Numbered from the stretch's first letter, positions 11,518 to 21,308 are shown. The stretch: DNA of 64,000 bases from a candidate division WOR-3 bacterium (GCA_037444665.1 JBBILZ010000002.1:1-64000), one strand, 5' to 3'. Numbers and translations: made by a program. The notes: generated from the sequence alone by a model not told the origin.

Positions 11518-12033
11518 ATGAAGAAAGGGATATTAATCGGACTGGTGGTCTCTTGGGTCTTTGGAGTAATATGTGGATATTTTCTCTTTTTTATATTCGC
11601 TGGTGCATTGTGGCACGGCGAAAGAAATACCCCTCAAGTTGAAAAACATATTCAGGATAAAGTAGACCCGGCAGTGTTCTACGCCAATGATTCAGTGTTA
11701 ATATACGAGGTATCAGCAGAAATGACTAAAACAACATTCGGCAAAAAAACGCATATTAAATATAAAATCAGAAATATCGGGAATAGGACACTAACTCTTG
11801 TAAAGATAAAAATTTATCTTCTTGATAATCAGGATAAAGCAATCTATGAAATGGAGCATAGTGCTATATGGACAAGTGATTTATTCAGTGACGCCCCTGG
11901 TCCACTCAAACCAAATTACATCAGAAGTATATCAACCTTCGTCCCAAATGCTCTTGAAGTTGAGGATTGTCCCACGGAATGGACGGGTGGTAAAGTAAAA
12001 TTACAAATAACTGAAATTAAATTTGATAAATAA
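11518..12033 (+). CDS. Membrane-anchored hypothetical protein (FxLYD-like beta-sandwich)
   Basis: GGAGG then ATG 11518 (MKKGILIG...); TM segment; IRNIGNRTL..VKIKIYLLD..PLKP pattern. Confidence 0.65.
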   Translation: MKKGILIGLVVSWVFGVICGYFLFFIFAGALWHGERNTPQVEKHIQDKVDPAVFYANDSVLIYEVSAEMTKTTFGKKTHIKYKIRNIGNRTLTLVKIKIYLLDNQDKAIYEMEHSAIWTSDLFSDAPGPLKPNYIRSISTFVPNALEVEDCPTEWTGGKVKLQITEIKFDK

Positions 12034-12252
12034 GTAATTGTTCTAATGATTCTGCTGATTTATGATTGTGTATTATATTCAGAGAAATCGTAAATGGCAA
12101 CGGAGATGTTTAGTATTGCTAATTGATAACATCACGGAAATAATTGAAAAAAAACGCTTGGCGAAGAAATGAAATAAAAAGAAAAATTTATCAAGAAAAC
12201 ATCCACGCTATAACCAATAACCATTCTTAATCCCCCCCTTTATATCGGAATA

Positions 12253-12280
12253 TTGACTTTTACTATAGAGTTTATATAAT
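12253..12280 (+). promoter_or_regulatory. sigma70-type promoter, probably leaderless, for vapBC
   Basis: TTGACT-16 bp-TATAAT, 5 nt before ATG 12286. Confidence 0.7.
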
Positions 12281-12285
12281 AATTT

Positions 12286-12516
12286 ATGAATACTATTTCT
12301 GAGAAAACAATTATAAAAATCTTAAAAAAACTGCCTGATTCTATTACATTACCGTTTATTGAATTACTCAAAAAGCTCTCTGCCGAATTAGAGATGACGA
12401 GCGATAATAAAATGAAACGATTCAAATCGGCAATGGGTGCATGGCGCAATATTGATATAGAGCCTGCATACAAAAAACTCAAAAAAGAATGGCGGCATTG
12501 GAAACTATCTGTGTAG
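12286..12516 (+). CDS. Putative antitoxin (VapB-like)
   Basis: 76 aa, overlaps the PIN toxin start; C-terminal GAW...EW pattern typical of PIN partners. Confidence 0.7.
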   Translation: MNTISEKTIIKILKKLPDSITLPFIELLKKLSAELEMTSDNKMKRFKSAMGAWRNIDIEPAYKKLKKEWRHWKLSV

Positions 12517-12905
12517 ATACCGATATTATTATTGACTATTTAAAAGGAAACCAATATAAACAAATTTTAAATATATTGGTGAAGAAATATAAATGTTTAG
12601 TAACACCCATTACTGTTTTTGAATTGTATTACGGTGGTTTTTATACTGGTGCAATAAAACCTGTAGAAGATGTATTAACTATTTTTGATTTATTATGTTG
12701 GACCAAAGAGGCATCTAAAGAATCAGCAAAAATTTACGCAGAATTGATAAAAAAGGGCGCAAGAATTGAAATGCGTGACGCTCTAATTGCAGGAATTTGC
12801 ATATCCCAGAAAGTATCCCTTGTAACCCGAAATATAAAACATTTTCAGCGAATAAAAGATTTGCATACTATTGCTGGTTCCTCATTAATTAAAAAAAATG
12901 AATAA
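12489..12905 (+). CDS. vapC: PIN-domain toxin, VapC family
   Basis: VDTDIIID, ITVFEL, RDALIA, LVTRNIKHF. Confidence 0.92.
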   Translation: MAALETICVDTDIIIDYLKGNQYKQILNILVKKYKCLVTPITVFELYYGGFYTGAIKPVEDVLTIFDLLCWTKEASKESAKIYAELIKKGARIEMRDALIAGICISQKVSLVTRNIKHFQRIKDLHTIAGSSLIKKNE

Positions 12906-12990
12906 CGAAACATAACATTGAGAAAATGGTAATGGTTTGTATTGATGAATTTATAAAAACTAAACAAAGGATATATTATTGAAATTGTAC

Positions 12991-13019
12991 TTGACAAATG
13001 ATACTAAATATAGTATAAT
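12991..13019 (+). promoter_or_regulatory. hicA promoter with overlapping palindromic operator candidate
   Basis: TTGACA-17 bp-TATAAT; inverted repeat ATACTA-aata-TAGTAT at 13001-13016 overlaps the -10 box. Confidence 0.7.
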
Positions 13020-13028
13020 GGAGGGTGA

Positions 13029-13280
13029 TTGGCGAAGTTATTAAAATTAGTGGGGAAAATGCTCCGGCTACCGCCGGAAATCCGATTTGATGAGGTGACT
13101 AATGTGCTGGAAACATTTGACTGGCAACTTATCAACACTGATGGTAGTCACTTCATTTATACAAAGGGTGATGTTCAGATTACAGTCGTTAAGCATCGTA
13201 ACAAGATTAAACGTGGTTATATCAGAGAAATCATTGAAATTCTAAATTTAGAGGAATGGTATGAACAAAATAAAAAATAA
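13029..13280 (+). CDS. hicA: HicA family toxin
   Basis: 83 aa, GSH motif (TDGSHFIY), upstream of hicB. Confidence 0.85.
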   Translation: MAKLLKLVGKMLRLPPEIRFDEVTNVLETFDWQLINTDGSHFIYTKGDVQITVVKHRNKIKRGYIREIIEILNLEEWYEQNKK

Positions 13281-13809
13281 TTTGAAAAATAGTCAAAAAA
13301 ACAATTTGGGGTACTATACTAAATTGCCTTATACTTTAGTTATAATACCCGAAGAATCAGATGGGTTCTTTGTAAAAGTTGAAGAACTACCTGGATGCAT
13401 GTCGCAAGGTAATTCTATAGAAGAGGCGATAAGAAACATAGAAGAAGCAAAGCAGATATGGTTGAAAACCGCTCTGGAGAGAAAAATAGAAATCCCTCTG
13501 CCGGATTCAATGCGCGAATATAGCGGAAAATTTTTAATAAGAATCCCAAGGTCATTACATAAGAGAATTGTTACACTGGCTAAAAAAGAAGGTGTTAGCA
13601 TTAACCAGATGGTGCTATCGCTTTTATCTGAAAAAACAACAATTAAAGAAATGGCTACCATAGTAAAAAGTGCTATATGGGAGATGAATTCTACAGCAAA
13701 AAAGGATTATTATTACGACAAAGCTTTAATGATTAGTGAACCCAGAACTCCTTATGAGGCTAAAATCCCAAAGCGCCATTGGTTTACTGAAAAAAGTATC
13801 AAATTATAA
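13261..13809 (+). CDS. hicB: HicB family antitoxin with RHH domain and C-terminal extension
   Basis: ELPGCMSQGNSIEEA, IEIPLP, YSGKFLIRIPRSLH...EGVSINQ; about 55 extra aa rich in Y/W/F. Confidence 0.92.
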   Translation: MNKIKNNLKNSQKNNLGYYTKLPYTLVIIPEESDGFFVKVEELPGCMSQGNSIEEAIRNIEEAKQIWLKTALERKIEIPLPDSMREYSGKFLIRIPRSLHKRIVTLAKKEGVSINQMVLSLLSEKTTIKEMATIVKSAIWEMNSTAKKDYYYDKALMISEPRTPYEAKIPKRHWFTEKSIKL

Positions 13810-13826
13810 AAAGAGAGGAGGAACTA

Positions 13827-14249
13827 GTGAAAAAAGAATTAATTTCTAAAAGTGAATACAATAATTTTATTAAGAATTTAAGCCTGAAAGAATTGAAATT
13901 GATCTATGCATCTGCTTCAGTTCAAAATAATTTCTCGCCGCCTGCAAAATTACGGATCAATGATGTCTCAGAATATAAGGAAATAGACAATAAACAAATT
14001 TCTGTTTTAATTAAATATCACCTCGAAGCGATAAAACAGAATACAGAAAAACCGGGTTTAATTATAGATGTTCATTATGGATTATTGTATACTGCAGAGA
14101 TTCCTATGACTGAAGAGATTTTTAAGATATTTAAGCAGAGTAGTTTACGTATGCAGACTTGGCCATATTTCCGGCAATTCGTGCATCAAATAACTTTGGA
14201 TATGCATCTGCCACCGCTGGTATTAGATACAATAAAAGCACCGGTTTAG
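13827..14249 (+). CDS. SecB-like chaperone (TAC-type)
   Basis: 140 aa; C-terminal WPYFRQFVHQITLDMHLPPLVL matches the SecB PYxR...PPLxL signature; GGAGG then GTG. Confidence 0.8.
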   Translation: MKKELISKSEYNNFIKNLSLKELKLIYASASVQNNFSPPAKLRINDVSEYKEIDNKQISVLIKYHLEAIKQNTEKPGLIIDVHYGLLYTAEIPMTEEIFKIFKQSSLRMQTWPYFRQFVHQITLDMHLPPLVLDTIKAPV

Positions 14250-14280
14250 ATTTATTTTGAAATTAACACTTTTGTCTTTT

Positions 14281-14428
14281 TTACATCAAAAACAAAAAGT
14301 TGATGATTTGCTGTATAAATTATATGAGATAATGGAAATGGAGAGAAAAATAATATTAGAATACTAACTTTTACTAAAGGTCTTATATAATAAGTTATGA
14401 ACACTATTTTTTGTAAAGTAATTAAGTA
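14281..14428 (+). pseudogene. Relic of a type IIG C-terminus followed by a degenerate vapB promoter and start
   Basis: KVDDLLYKLYEIMEMERKII vs EIDEIVYKLYGITEEENKII at the RM gene end; 14364-14424 resembles 12253-12313. Confidence 0.65.
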
Positions 14429-14489
14429 ATGAAAAGATTCAAATCAGATATGGTTGCATAACGCAATTAAGAACAACCCTTATGGTTGC

Positions 14490-15020
14490 CTGTTAATCGT
14501 CTTTCGTTATACGGTTGCGAAACCCGCATTATAAAAAAGGGTAATCAAGGGTTATCAGGGGGAATAAGGTGGAATCAGGGGATGCGAAAAGAATTGAAGC
14601 TACGTGGATACGAAGTTGTGTGGATTTGAGGATATGTGGATTTGAAGTTGAGTCGTTACGTGGATATGAAAACGGAAGAAAGGAGGGAGTAGGTAGTAGG
14701 TAGTAAGTAGTAAGTAGGAAGTAGGAAGTAAGAAGTAGGAAGTAATGAAGCCAAAGAAACCAGAAAAACGAGAGAAACCAGATAGACCACAAAGACTAAA
14801 CAGATGCAGTATCGTTGTACTTGCAGGAAATGCAGTATCGCCCCAACAAAAAACTCGGGACTTGCAACGATTGTAAATAGACGAAATAAACCAAAAAGAC
14901 TAAATATACTAAACAGACTAAAAAGACCAAAAAAATCAAGTATCCAGTATCGAGTATCAAGGAAGCATCCACTCCCTATAACCATACTGGTTGCTACGCC
15001 CTACAACCATAGACCATTCA
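14490..15020 (+). repeat. Mosaic intergenic repeat element (longest copy)
   Basis: Ordered modules: ttatacggttgcgaaac, 10-mer GGG repeats, gtggat 8-mers, tagtagg 7-mers, agaccaaaa 9-mers, agtatcc 7-mers, ccctataaccata/accatagaccatt end; colinear with 38775-39080. Confidence 0.9.
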
Positions 15021-15087
15021 CTTAGTCATCTCCAATGCTTGATTTGATTGTAAATTTGTGTATAATTGTGATTAAATAAGGAGTTTG

Positions 15088-16392
15088 ATGCTGGAGAATT
15101 TGATAAAGACAAAAAAAGCAAGGGTCGGAATAATTGGACTCGGTTATGTAGGACTACCCCTTGCCTTGGCATTGAGCAGGCAGGGCTTCAGTGTAATTGG
15201 TGTGGATATTGACAGAGTGCGTGTTGATAAAATAAATAGAGGTGAATCTTTTATTGATGATGTTGCTTCTAAAGATGTATCATATTATGTAAAGCGAAAA
15301 AAACTCCTGGCAACTACTGATTATAAAAAATTAAAGGATACAGATATCATAATGATCTGTGTTCCTACACCAGTCAATGAGAATAAGGAGCCAGATTTGT
15401 CACCGATTATTGATAGCACAAATAATATTGCAAAAATTTTGCGTAAGGGCCAGCTCGTTATTCTCAAGAGCACAACCTTTCCTGAAACCACAGAAAAGAT
15501 AGTTCTTCCCATACTTGCACAGACCGGTTTAAAAGTGGGAAGGGACTTTTATCTTTCATTCTGTCCGGAAAGGGTTGACCCGGGAAATAAAAAATATGGC
15601 ATTGCCAATACTCCAGCAGTGGTCGGTGGTATAACAAAGGTTTGCACACATTTGACACTACTCTTTTATCGGCAGTTTGTGGAAAGAGTTGTACCAGTAT
15701 CATCAGCGCGCACAGCAGAGATGACAAAACTGCTTGAAAATACATTTAGAAATGTGAATATTGCACTGGTGAATGAATTTGCTCAACTTTGCGAAAGGAT
15801 GGGCAACATCAATATCTGGGAGGTGATTGAGGCAGCAAAGAGCAAACCATTCGGTTTTATGCCTTTTTATCCTGGACCTGGTGTAGGTGGCCATTGCATA
15901 CCTGTTGACCCTTATTATCTTTCATATAAGGCACGGGAATATGATTTCCACACAGTATTTATTGAACTTTCAGCACGTATCAATGAAGAGATGCCTTATT
16001 TTGTTGTAAATAAAACAATTGAAGAATTGAGTAGAGCCGGTGTTTGCCCGGCCCAGGCAAAAGTTCTATTATTGGGAATGGCATTCAAAAAGGATATCTC
16101 TGATTTACGGGATTCGCCTGCGATAAAGGTTTATCAGATTATAAAAAATCATGTTACAATGGTCCATTATAATGACCCTCATGTGCCTTATTTTATTTTG
16201 AATGGCAAGAAGATAAAATCAGTAAAGATTAATCCCGGAAAATTAAAATTATACGATGCAGTAGTTATCCTTACTGACCATTCAGCGTATGATTATAACG
16301 CAATTTTGCAGAATGCCAGACTCATAATTGATACAAGAAATGCAATAAAAAAAGAGAATAAAAAAGTAAAAAAATTAGGATGCGGCGGATAG
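15088..16392 (+). CDS. Nucleotide-sugar (UDP-N-acetylhexosamine) 6-dehydrogenase, WecC/WbpA family
   Basis: GLGYVGLP, CVPTP, PERVDPG, KLLENTFR, GVGGHCIPVDP, D.RDSPA. Confidence 0.93.
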   Translation: MLENLIKTKKARVGIIGLGYVGLPLALALSRQGFSVIGVDIDRVRVDKINRGESFIDDVASKDVSYYVKRKKLLATTDYKKLKDTDIIMICVPTPVNENKEPDLSPIIDSTNNIAKILRKGQLVILKSTTFPETTEKIVLPILAQTGLKVGRDFYLSFCPERVDPGNKKYGIANTPAVVGGITKVCTHLTLLFYRQFVERVVPVSSARTAEMTKLLENTFRNVNIALVNEFAQLCERMGNINIWEVIEAAKSKPFGFMPFYPGPGVGGHCIPVDPYYLSYKAREYDFHTVFIELSARINEEMPYFVVNKTIEELSRAGVCPAQAKVLLLGMAFKKDISDLRDSPAIKVYQIIKNHVTMVHYNDPHVPYFILNGKKIKSVKINPGKLKLYDAVVILTDHSAYDYNAILQNARLIIDTRNAIKKENKKVKKLGCGG

Positions 16393-16427
16393 TATGTAGT
16401 ATGTAGAAAAGAGTAAGAACAAACAGA

Positions 16428-18965
16428 TTAGAGTTTTTTGAAATATTCTATTAGGTCAGGAATTTTTTCGGGTTTACCACCACCACCTTCTGCCAGATGT
16501 GGTTTGCCTCCACCGCCACCACCAATAATCTTGCCTATGGATTTAATCAATTGGTTTGCTGGATGTTTTTCTTTTATGTGTTCACCAGCAAACACAAGGT
16601 AATTGACCCGATTATTCACAATCTGATATAATACCCCAAATTTATTCTTTTCTTTTTCTCTTATAAAATCAGCGACCAGCCTCATTCCTTCCATATCAAA
16701 GCCTTCAAGTTTTTCCACTATCCAGTTTTCACTACTCGTCTGCTTTAGAATCTCCTGTGCCAGAATCTGTGCAAGTTTTGCCTGTTGTTTCTGATTTGCG
16801 ATTTCTAAACTCTTTAAGCGATTCTGAATCTCTTCAAGTCTGGTTATGATATTTGTTTCGCCTCCCAAGAATTCAGATACACTTTTTATGATATTACCAT
16901 ATTCTCTAAATTCATCAAAAAGATGGAGACCCACGAGCCCTTCTATACGCCGAATACCTGCAGCTGCAGATTCCTGTGCAACTATCTTAAACAACCCAAT
17001 CTCTCCAGTATTATCAAGATGTATACCACCGCATAGTTCAATGGAAAAATCTCCAATCTTCACAACCCTGACATCTTTGCCATATTTTTCACCAAATAGT
17101 GCCATTGCTCCGAGTTTTTTTGCCTGGTCCAGTGTGGTCCAGAACTTTTCAACCTGTAGTGCTTCAAGAATCTTTTCATTTACCATATCTTCAATTGCTT
17201 TTATCTCATCATCACTCAATGGCTTGAAATGGAGAAAATCAAATCTAAATCTACCCGGTGCAACAAAAGAACCTTCCTGTCGTGCATGCTCGCCAAGGAT
17301 TTTTCTCAGCGTGGCATGTAGAAGATGGGTCGTGGTATGTGCACGCGCACTCTCTTTACGGTGTTTTATATCAACCTTTGCCAGGACCTTTTCTGGCTTG
17401 AATCTACCCGAGACTATTTCACAATGGCAGGTGTTCATCTTTTGAAACCAGTATGTATCAATGACCTTGAGTTTGAAATCTTTGCCGATGATTTCGCCGG
17501 TCTCACCAATCTGGCCACCGGCTTCTGCATAAAATGGAGAATATTCAAGAACAATTTCAATATTTTTATCGTTCTGGTTGTATCTCAATATTTCTGTCTC
17601 AACCTGGTCTTTTTCATAACCAATAAAATTCCCTATCCCTTCCTTTAAAACCTTCCAGTCGCCGCGAAAAGTAAATTTTGCTTTTGTCCTTGATTCGGTG
17701 CGTGCCTGTTCCAGATTTCTCTTAAAACCTTCTATATCTATTGTAAGCCCTTTTTCCTTTGCCATCTCTTCAGTCAATTCAATGGGAAAACCATAAGTAT
17801 CATAAAGTTTGAATGCATCATCACCTGATACTATTTTCTTTGTCTTTGTTATTTCTTCAAAGAGTGTAATGCCTTTCTCAAGTGTAGCAAGGAATCTTTC
17901 TTCTTCAGATTTTATGACCAGACTGACCTCTTCACGATGGTTTATAATCTCAGGATATGTGTGCTTATACATCTCTACAACCTGCGGCACTAATTTATAG
18001 AGCACAGGTTCATTAATACCAAAGTTCAAACTTATCCTGGTTGCCCGACGCAAAATGCGGCGTAATACATATCCCCTTTCTTCATTTGAAGGAATTATCC
18101 CATCGCTAATGGCAAAGACCAGTGCCCTGATGTGGTCAGCAATTATATTGATATCAATATCAGTCCTGGGGTCCTTGCCATATTTTTTACCAATTAAATC
18201 TGTTATATTTTCAATGATTGGATAAAATAAATCAGTATGAAAATTAGAGTCTTTTTTTTGAATGATTGCTGCCAGTCTTTCCAATCCCATTCCTGTATCT
18301 ACCCCGCGATTTTTTAAAGGTAGCCTTTCACCAAATACGGTCTGGTCAAATTGAGGAAATACGAGATTCCAGATCTCTGAATAGCGGTCACAATCACAGC
18401 CCGGAGCACAGGTCTTTTTGCCACAGGAGAATTTTTCACCAAGGTCAAAATAGATTTCTGAACAGGGTCCGCAGGGTCCTGAATCACCAGCCGGTCCCCA
18501 GAAATTTGTATCATCACCAAGTTTATAAATTCTTTTGGGTTCCAGCCCGATAACATCTTTCCATATTTTGTATGCTTCTGTATCATCTTTATGGACAGAG
18601 ACATAGAGGTGTGAGTGGTCAATCTTCAAAACTTCAGTAAGATATTCCCATGCCCAGCATATTGCCTCTTCTTTAAAATAGTCACCAAATGAAAAATTAC
18701 CAAGCATTTCAAAGAATGTATGGTGGCGCCTGGTTCTGCCCACATTATCTAAATCTGATAGTCTCAAACATTTTTGAATACTTGTAGCACGGCGATATGG
18801 TAAAGGAACAGAACCACTCCAGAGTGGTTTAAATTGCACCATTCCCGCGCTGGTGAATAAAAGGCTCGGGTCATCCTTTGGAATTAAAGACATTGAAGGC
18901 ACAATTATATGGTCTTTTTGCGTGAAAAAATTTAAAAAACTTTCTCTGATTTCAATATTAGTCAT
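16428..18965 (-). CDS. alaS: Alanine--tRNA ligase
   Basis: LLFTSAGMVQFK, HHTFFEMLGNFSFGDYFK, DTGMGLER, HTTTHLL, ELCGGIH, GGGGGK; start ATG 18965. Confidence 0.98.
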   Translation of the reverse strand: MTNIEIRESFLNFFTQKDHIIVPSMSLIPKDDPSLLFTSAGMVQFKPLWSGSVPLPYRRATSIQKCLRLSDLDNVGRTRRHHTFFEMLGNFSFGDYFKEEAICWAWEYLTEVLKIDHSHLYVSVHKDDTEAYKIWKDVIGLEPKRIYKLGDDTNFWGPAGDSGPCGPCSEIYFDLGEKFSCGKKTCAPGCDCDRYSEIWNLVFPQFDQTVFGERLPLKNRGVDTGMGLERLAAIIQKKDSNFHTDLFYPIIENITDLIGKKYGKDPRTDIDINIIADHIRALVFAISDGIIPSNEERGYVLRRILRRATRISLNFGINEPVLYKLVPQVVEMYKHTYPEIINHREEVSLVIKSEEERFLATLEKGITLFEEITKTKKIVSGDDAFKLYDTYGFPIELTEEMAKEKGLTIDIEGFKRNLEQARTESRTKAKFTFRGDWKVLKEGIGNFIGYEKDQVETEILRYNQNDKNIEIVLEYSPFYAEAGGQIGETGEIIGKDFKLKVIDTYWFQKMNTCHCEIVSGRFKPEKVLAKVDIKHRKESARAHTTTHLLHATLRKILGEHARQEGSFVAPGRFRFDFLHFKPLSDDEIKAIEDMVNEKILEALQVEKFWTTLDQAKKLGAMALFGEKYGKDVRVVKIGDFSIELCGGIHLDNTGEIGLFKIVAQESAAAGIRRIEGLVGLHLFDEFREYGNIIKSVSEFLGGETNIITRLEEIQNRLKSLEIANQKQQAKLAQILAQEILKQTSSENWIVEKLEGFDMEGMRLVADFIREKEKNKFGVLYQIVNNRVNYLVFAGEHIKEKHPANQLIKSIGKIIGGGGGGKPHLAEGGGGKPEKIPDLIEYFKKL

Positions 18966-19566
18966 ACTCTTCACCAAGGACTTCATAGACTGTCCTGAGC
19001 GTAAATCCCCTGCTTAGAAAATATCTCATTATTTTTGCCTTCTGTTTTAAATCATTTTTGTCATAATCGGGAAATTTTTTCTGTAGCATAGTTTTTATAA
19101 TGCCTTTTTCATCACGCTCTTTAATTATCTCTTCAATAAGTGATTGGTCAACCTTCTTTTTTCGCAATTCTCTTAATATAAAGATATTCCCCTTTGGCTT
19201 TAACTCTGTATACTCGCTGGCAAATCCCTTTACAAATTTCTGGTCATCAAGAATACCTTCTTCTTTTAATTCGTTTATAACCATTTCAACAATATCTGGC
19301 TCATAACCTAATTTTGTTAATCGGTCTTTCATCTCGGCAATAGAACGATTTCGGTAACGCAACAATCTGTATGCCCGTTGTTTAAGATACTCTTTCTCTT
19401 CAGCAAGTAAAAGGTTTTTGATATCTTCATCAGTAATCTCATCACCCTCTTTTAATCCATATTTTACGATGATTTCTGTGGTCAATCCAAATTTAAATTC
19501 ACCATTGATAAATATTGAAGACCGTTTTTTATTTTTCTTTTGAACTTCTATTTTGCTTATCTTCAC
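18958..19566 (-). CDS. recX: Regulatory protein RecX
   Basis: RS.AEM..RL, LDDQKF, ELRKK, SRGF; between recA and alaS; probable GTG start at 19566. Confidence 0.9.
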   Translation of the reverse strand: MKISKIEVQKKNKKRSSIFINGEFKFGLTTEIIVKYGLKEGDEITDEDIKNLLLAEEKEYLKQRAYRLLRYRNRSIAEMKDRLTKLGYEPDIVEMVINELKEEGILDDQKFVKGFASEYTELKPKGNIFILRELRKKKVDQSLIEEIIKERDEKGIIKTMLQKKFPDYDKNDLKQKAKIMRYFLSRGFTLRTVYEVLGEEYD

Positions 19567-20563
19567 CCGTTCTCTTGAAAAGTTTATCCCTGATTTCCTT
19601 TTCAATCTTCTGTGCGATATCTTGATTCGTCTTTAGAAACTCAATGACTGCATCCCGACCCTGTCCAATCCTCTCATCCTTAAAAGAATACCAGGTACCC
19701 GATTTTTCAATTATCTCCAGTTCTGCACCCAGGTCTACAATTTCACCTAACTGGGAGATACCCTCACCATATACAATATCAAACTCAGCCTCACGAAACG
19801 GAGGTGCGAGTTTGTTCTTTACCACTTTAACTTTTGTTCGTGAACCAATGATATTTTCGCCCTTTTTCAAGGTTGCAATCTTACGGATATCAAGCCGCAC
19901 TGAAGAGTGGAATTTTAAGGCAAGACCGCCTGGTGTGGTCTCTGGAGAACCATACATCACACCAATCTTCATACGGATCTGGTTGATAAATATCGCAACG
20001 GTTCTGGATTTGCTTATCACTCCCGTAAGTTTCCTTAGTGCCTGTGACATCAATCTTGCTACAAGCCCAACCTGCATTTCACCCATCTCTCCGGCAATCT
20101 CTGCCTTGGGCACAAGTGCTGCAACTGAATCTACAACAATAATATCAACACCGCCTGAGCGCGTGAGGATTTCTGCTATTTCAAGTGCCTGTTCACCAGT
20201 ATCTGGTTGAGAAATGTAGAGACTATCAAGATTTATACCGATTGTCTGGGCATACTTGGGGTCAAAGGCATGCTCTGCATCAATAAAAATCGCATTGCCG
20301 CCTGCCTTCTGTGCCTGGGCAATTGCTTCAAGGGCAAGGGTTGTCTTTCCGCCTGCCTCAGGGCCAAAGATTTCCACAACCCTGCCACGCGGATAACCAC
20401 CAATACCCAGGGCATAATCAAGCGCTAATGAACCAGTGGGAATGACGCTGACATCTACCTTTGACTCTTCAGCGCCGAGCCTCATTACCGCACCTTTACC
20501 AAATTGTTTTTCAATCTGGCTTATTGCCATTGAGAGAACTTTTTCCTTTTCTTCTTTTCCCAT
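19529..20563 (-). CDS. recA: Recombinase RecA
   Basis: [42 protein letters not shown]. Confidence 0.99.
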   Translation of the reverse strand: MGKEEKEKVLSMAISQIEKQFGKGAVMRLGAEESKVDVSVIPTGSLALDYALGIGGYPRGRVVEIFGPEAGGKTTLALEAIAQAQKAGGNAIFIDAEHAFDPKYAQTIGINLDSLYISQPDTGEQALEIAEILTRSGGVDIIVVDSVAALVPKAEIAGEMGEMQVGLVARLMSQALRKLTGVISKSRTVAIFINQIRMKIGVMYGSPETTPGGLALKFHSSVRLDIRKIATLKKGENIIGSRTKVKVVKNKLAPPFREAEFDIVYGEGISQLGEIVDLGAELEIIEKSGTWYSFKDERIGQGRDAVIEFLKTNQDIAQKIEKEIRDKLFKRTGEDKQNRSSKEK

Positions 20564-20671
20564 AAAACTCCTTTGCCTTGTATAATATTAATTAATTTTT
20601 GCCTCAAGTCAACAAGGGAATTTTTCTGTTCACCCTTGACACTGGGGTTTTTCAGTTTATAATAATTATGT

Positions 20672-21304
20672 ATGCTTTTTGCAATTATCAGCCTGTTTTT
20701 AATAAACCAGTCTGATTTTACAATTGCCCGATTAAAATACGGTGGCGGTGGAGATTGGTATTGTGACCCAAGTTCCTTACCCAATCTGCTCAAGGCAATC
20801 AATGAACGAACAACTATCAATGCTGCACCAAAAGAAATGGTTGTAGAATTGACTGACCCCAATCTCTTTAAATACCCTTATCTATATATGACCGGCCATG
20901 GTGAAGTGCGATTCAGTGATGAAGAAACAAAAATATTAAGACGATTCCTGACCAATGGTGGTTTTCTCCATGCAGATGATTGCTATGGTATGGACTCTTC
21001 TTTTCGCAGGGAGATGAAAAAGATATTCCCTGATTCACCGCTAATTGAATTGCCTTTTGACCATCCTATCTATCATTGTTTTTATGATTTTCCTGAAGGG
21101 CTACCAAAAATTCATGAGCACGACAACAAGCCAGCCCAGGGTTTTGGCATCTTTTACGAGAATCGGCTCGTGGTCTTCTATTCGTATGAAACCGACCTTG
21201 GTGATGGCTGGGAAGACCCGGATGTCCATAATGACCCACCAGAAAAAAGGGAATCAGCATTAAGAATGGGCATCAATATTGTGGTCTATTATCTAACCCA
21301 TTAA
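20672..21304 (+). CDS. DUF4159 family protein
   Basis: ARLKYGGGGDWY, YMTGHG, GGFLHADDCYG, DLGDGWED, MGINI. Confidence 0.85.
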   Translation: MLFAIISLFLINQSDFTIARLKYGGGGDWYCDPSSLPNLLKAINERTTINAAPKEMVVELTDPNLFKYPYLYMTGHGEVRFSDEETKILRRFLTNGGFLHADDCYGMDSSFRREMKKIFPDSPLIELPFDHPIYHCFYDFPEGLPKIHEHDNKPAQGFGIFYENRLVVFYSYETDLGDGWEDPDVHNDPPEKRESALRMGINIVVYYLTH

Positions 21305-21308
21305 AAAT

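Noticed and set aside
10843..14430. Integron cassette array
   Set aside because: No convincing attC (RYYYAAC...GTTRRRY with paired boxes) between genes and no IntI.
14529..15025. ORFs 14529-14792, 14656-14985, 14804-15025 (also 2935-3162, 38838-39104, 27084-27336)
   Set aside because: Translations of tandem or palindromic repeats with low-complexity products and no clear RBS.
7257..20210. Long antisense ORFs (7257-7958, 16846-17445, 19644-20210)
   Set aside because: Shadow frames of well-supported genes on the other strand.
19529..20563. Intein or intron in recA; resistance alleles in rpsL
   Set aside because: RecA is of normal length; the S12 PKKPN and RVKDLP motifs are wild-type.
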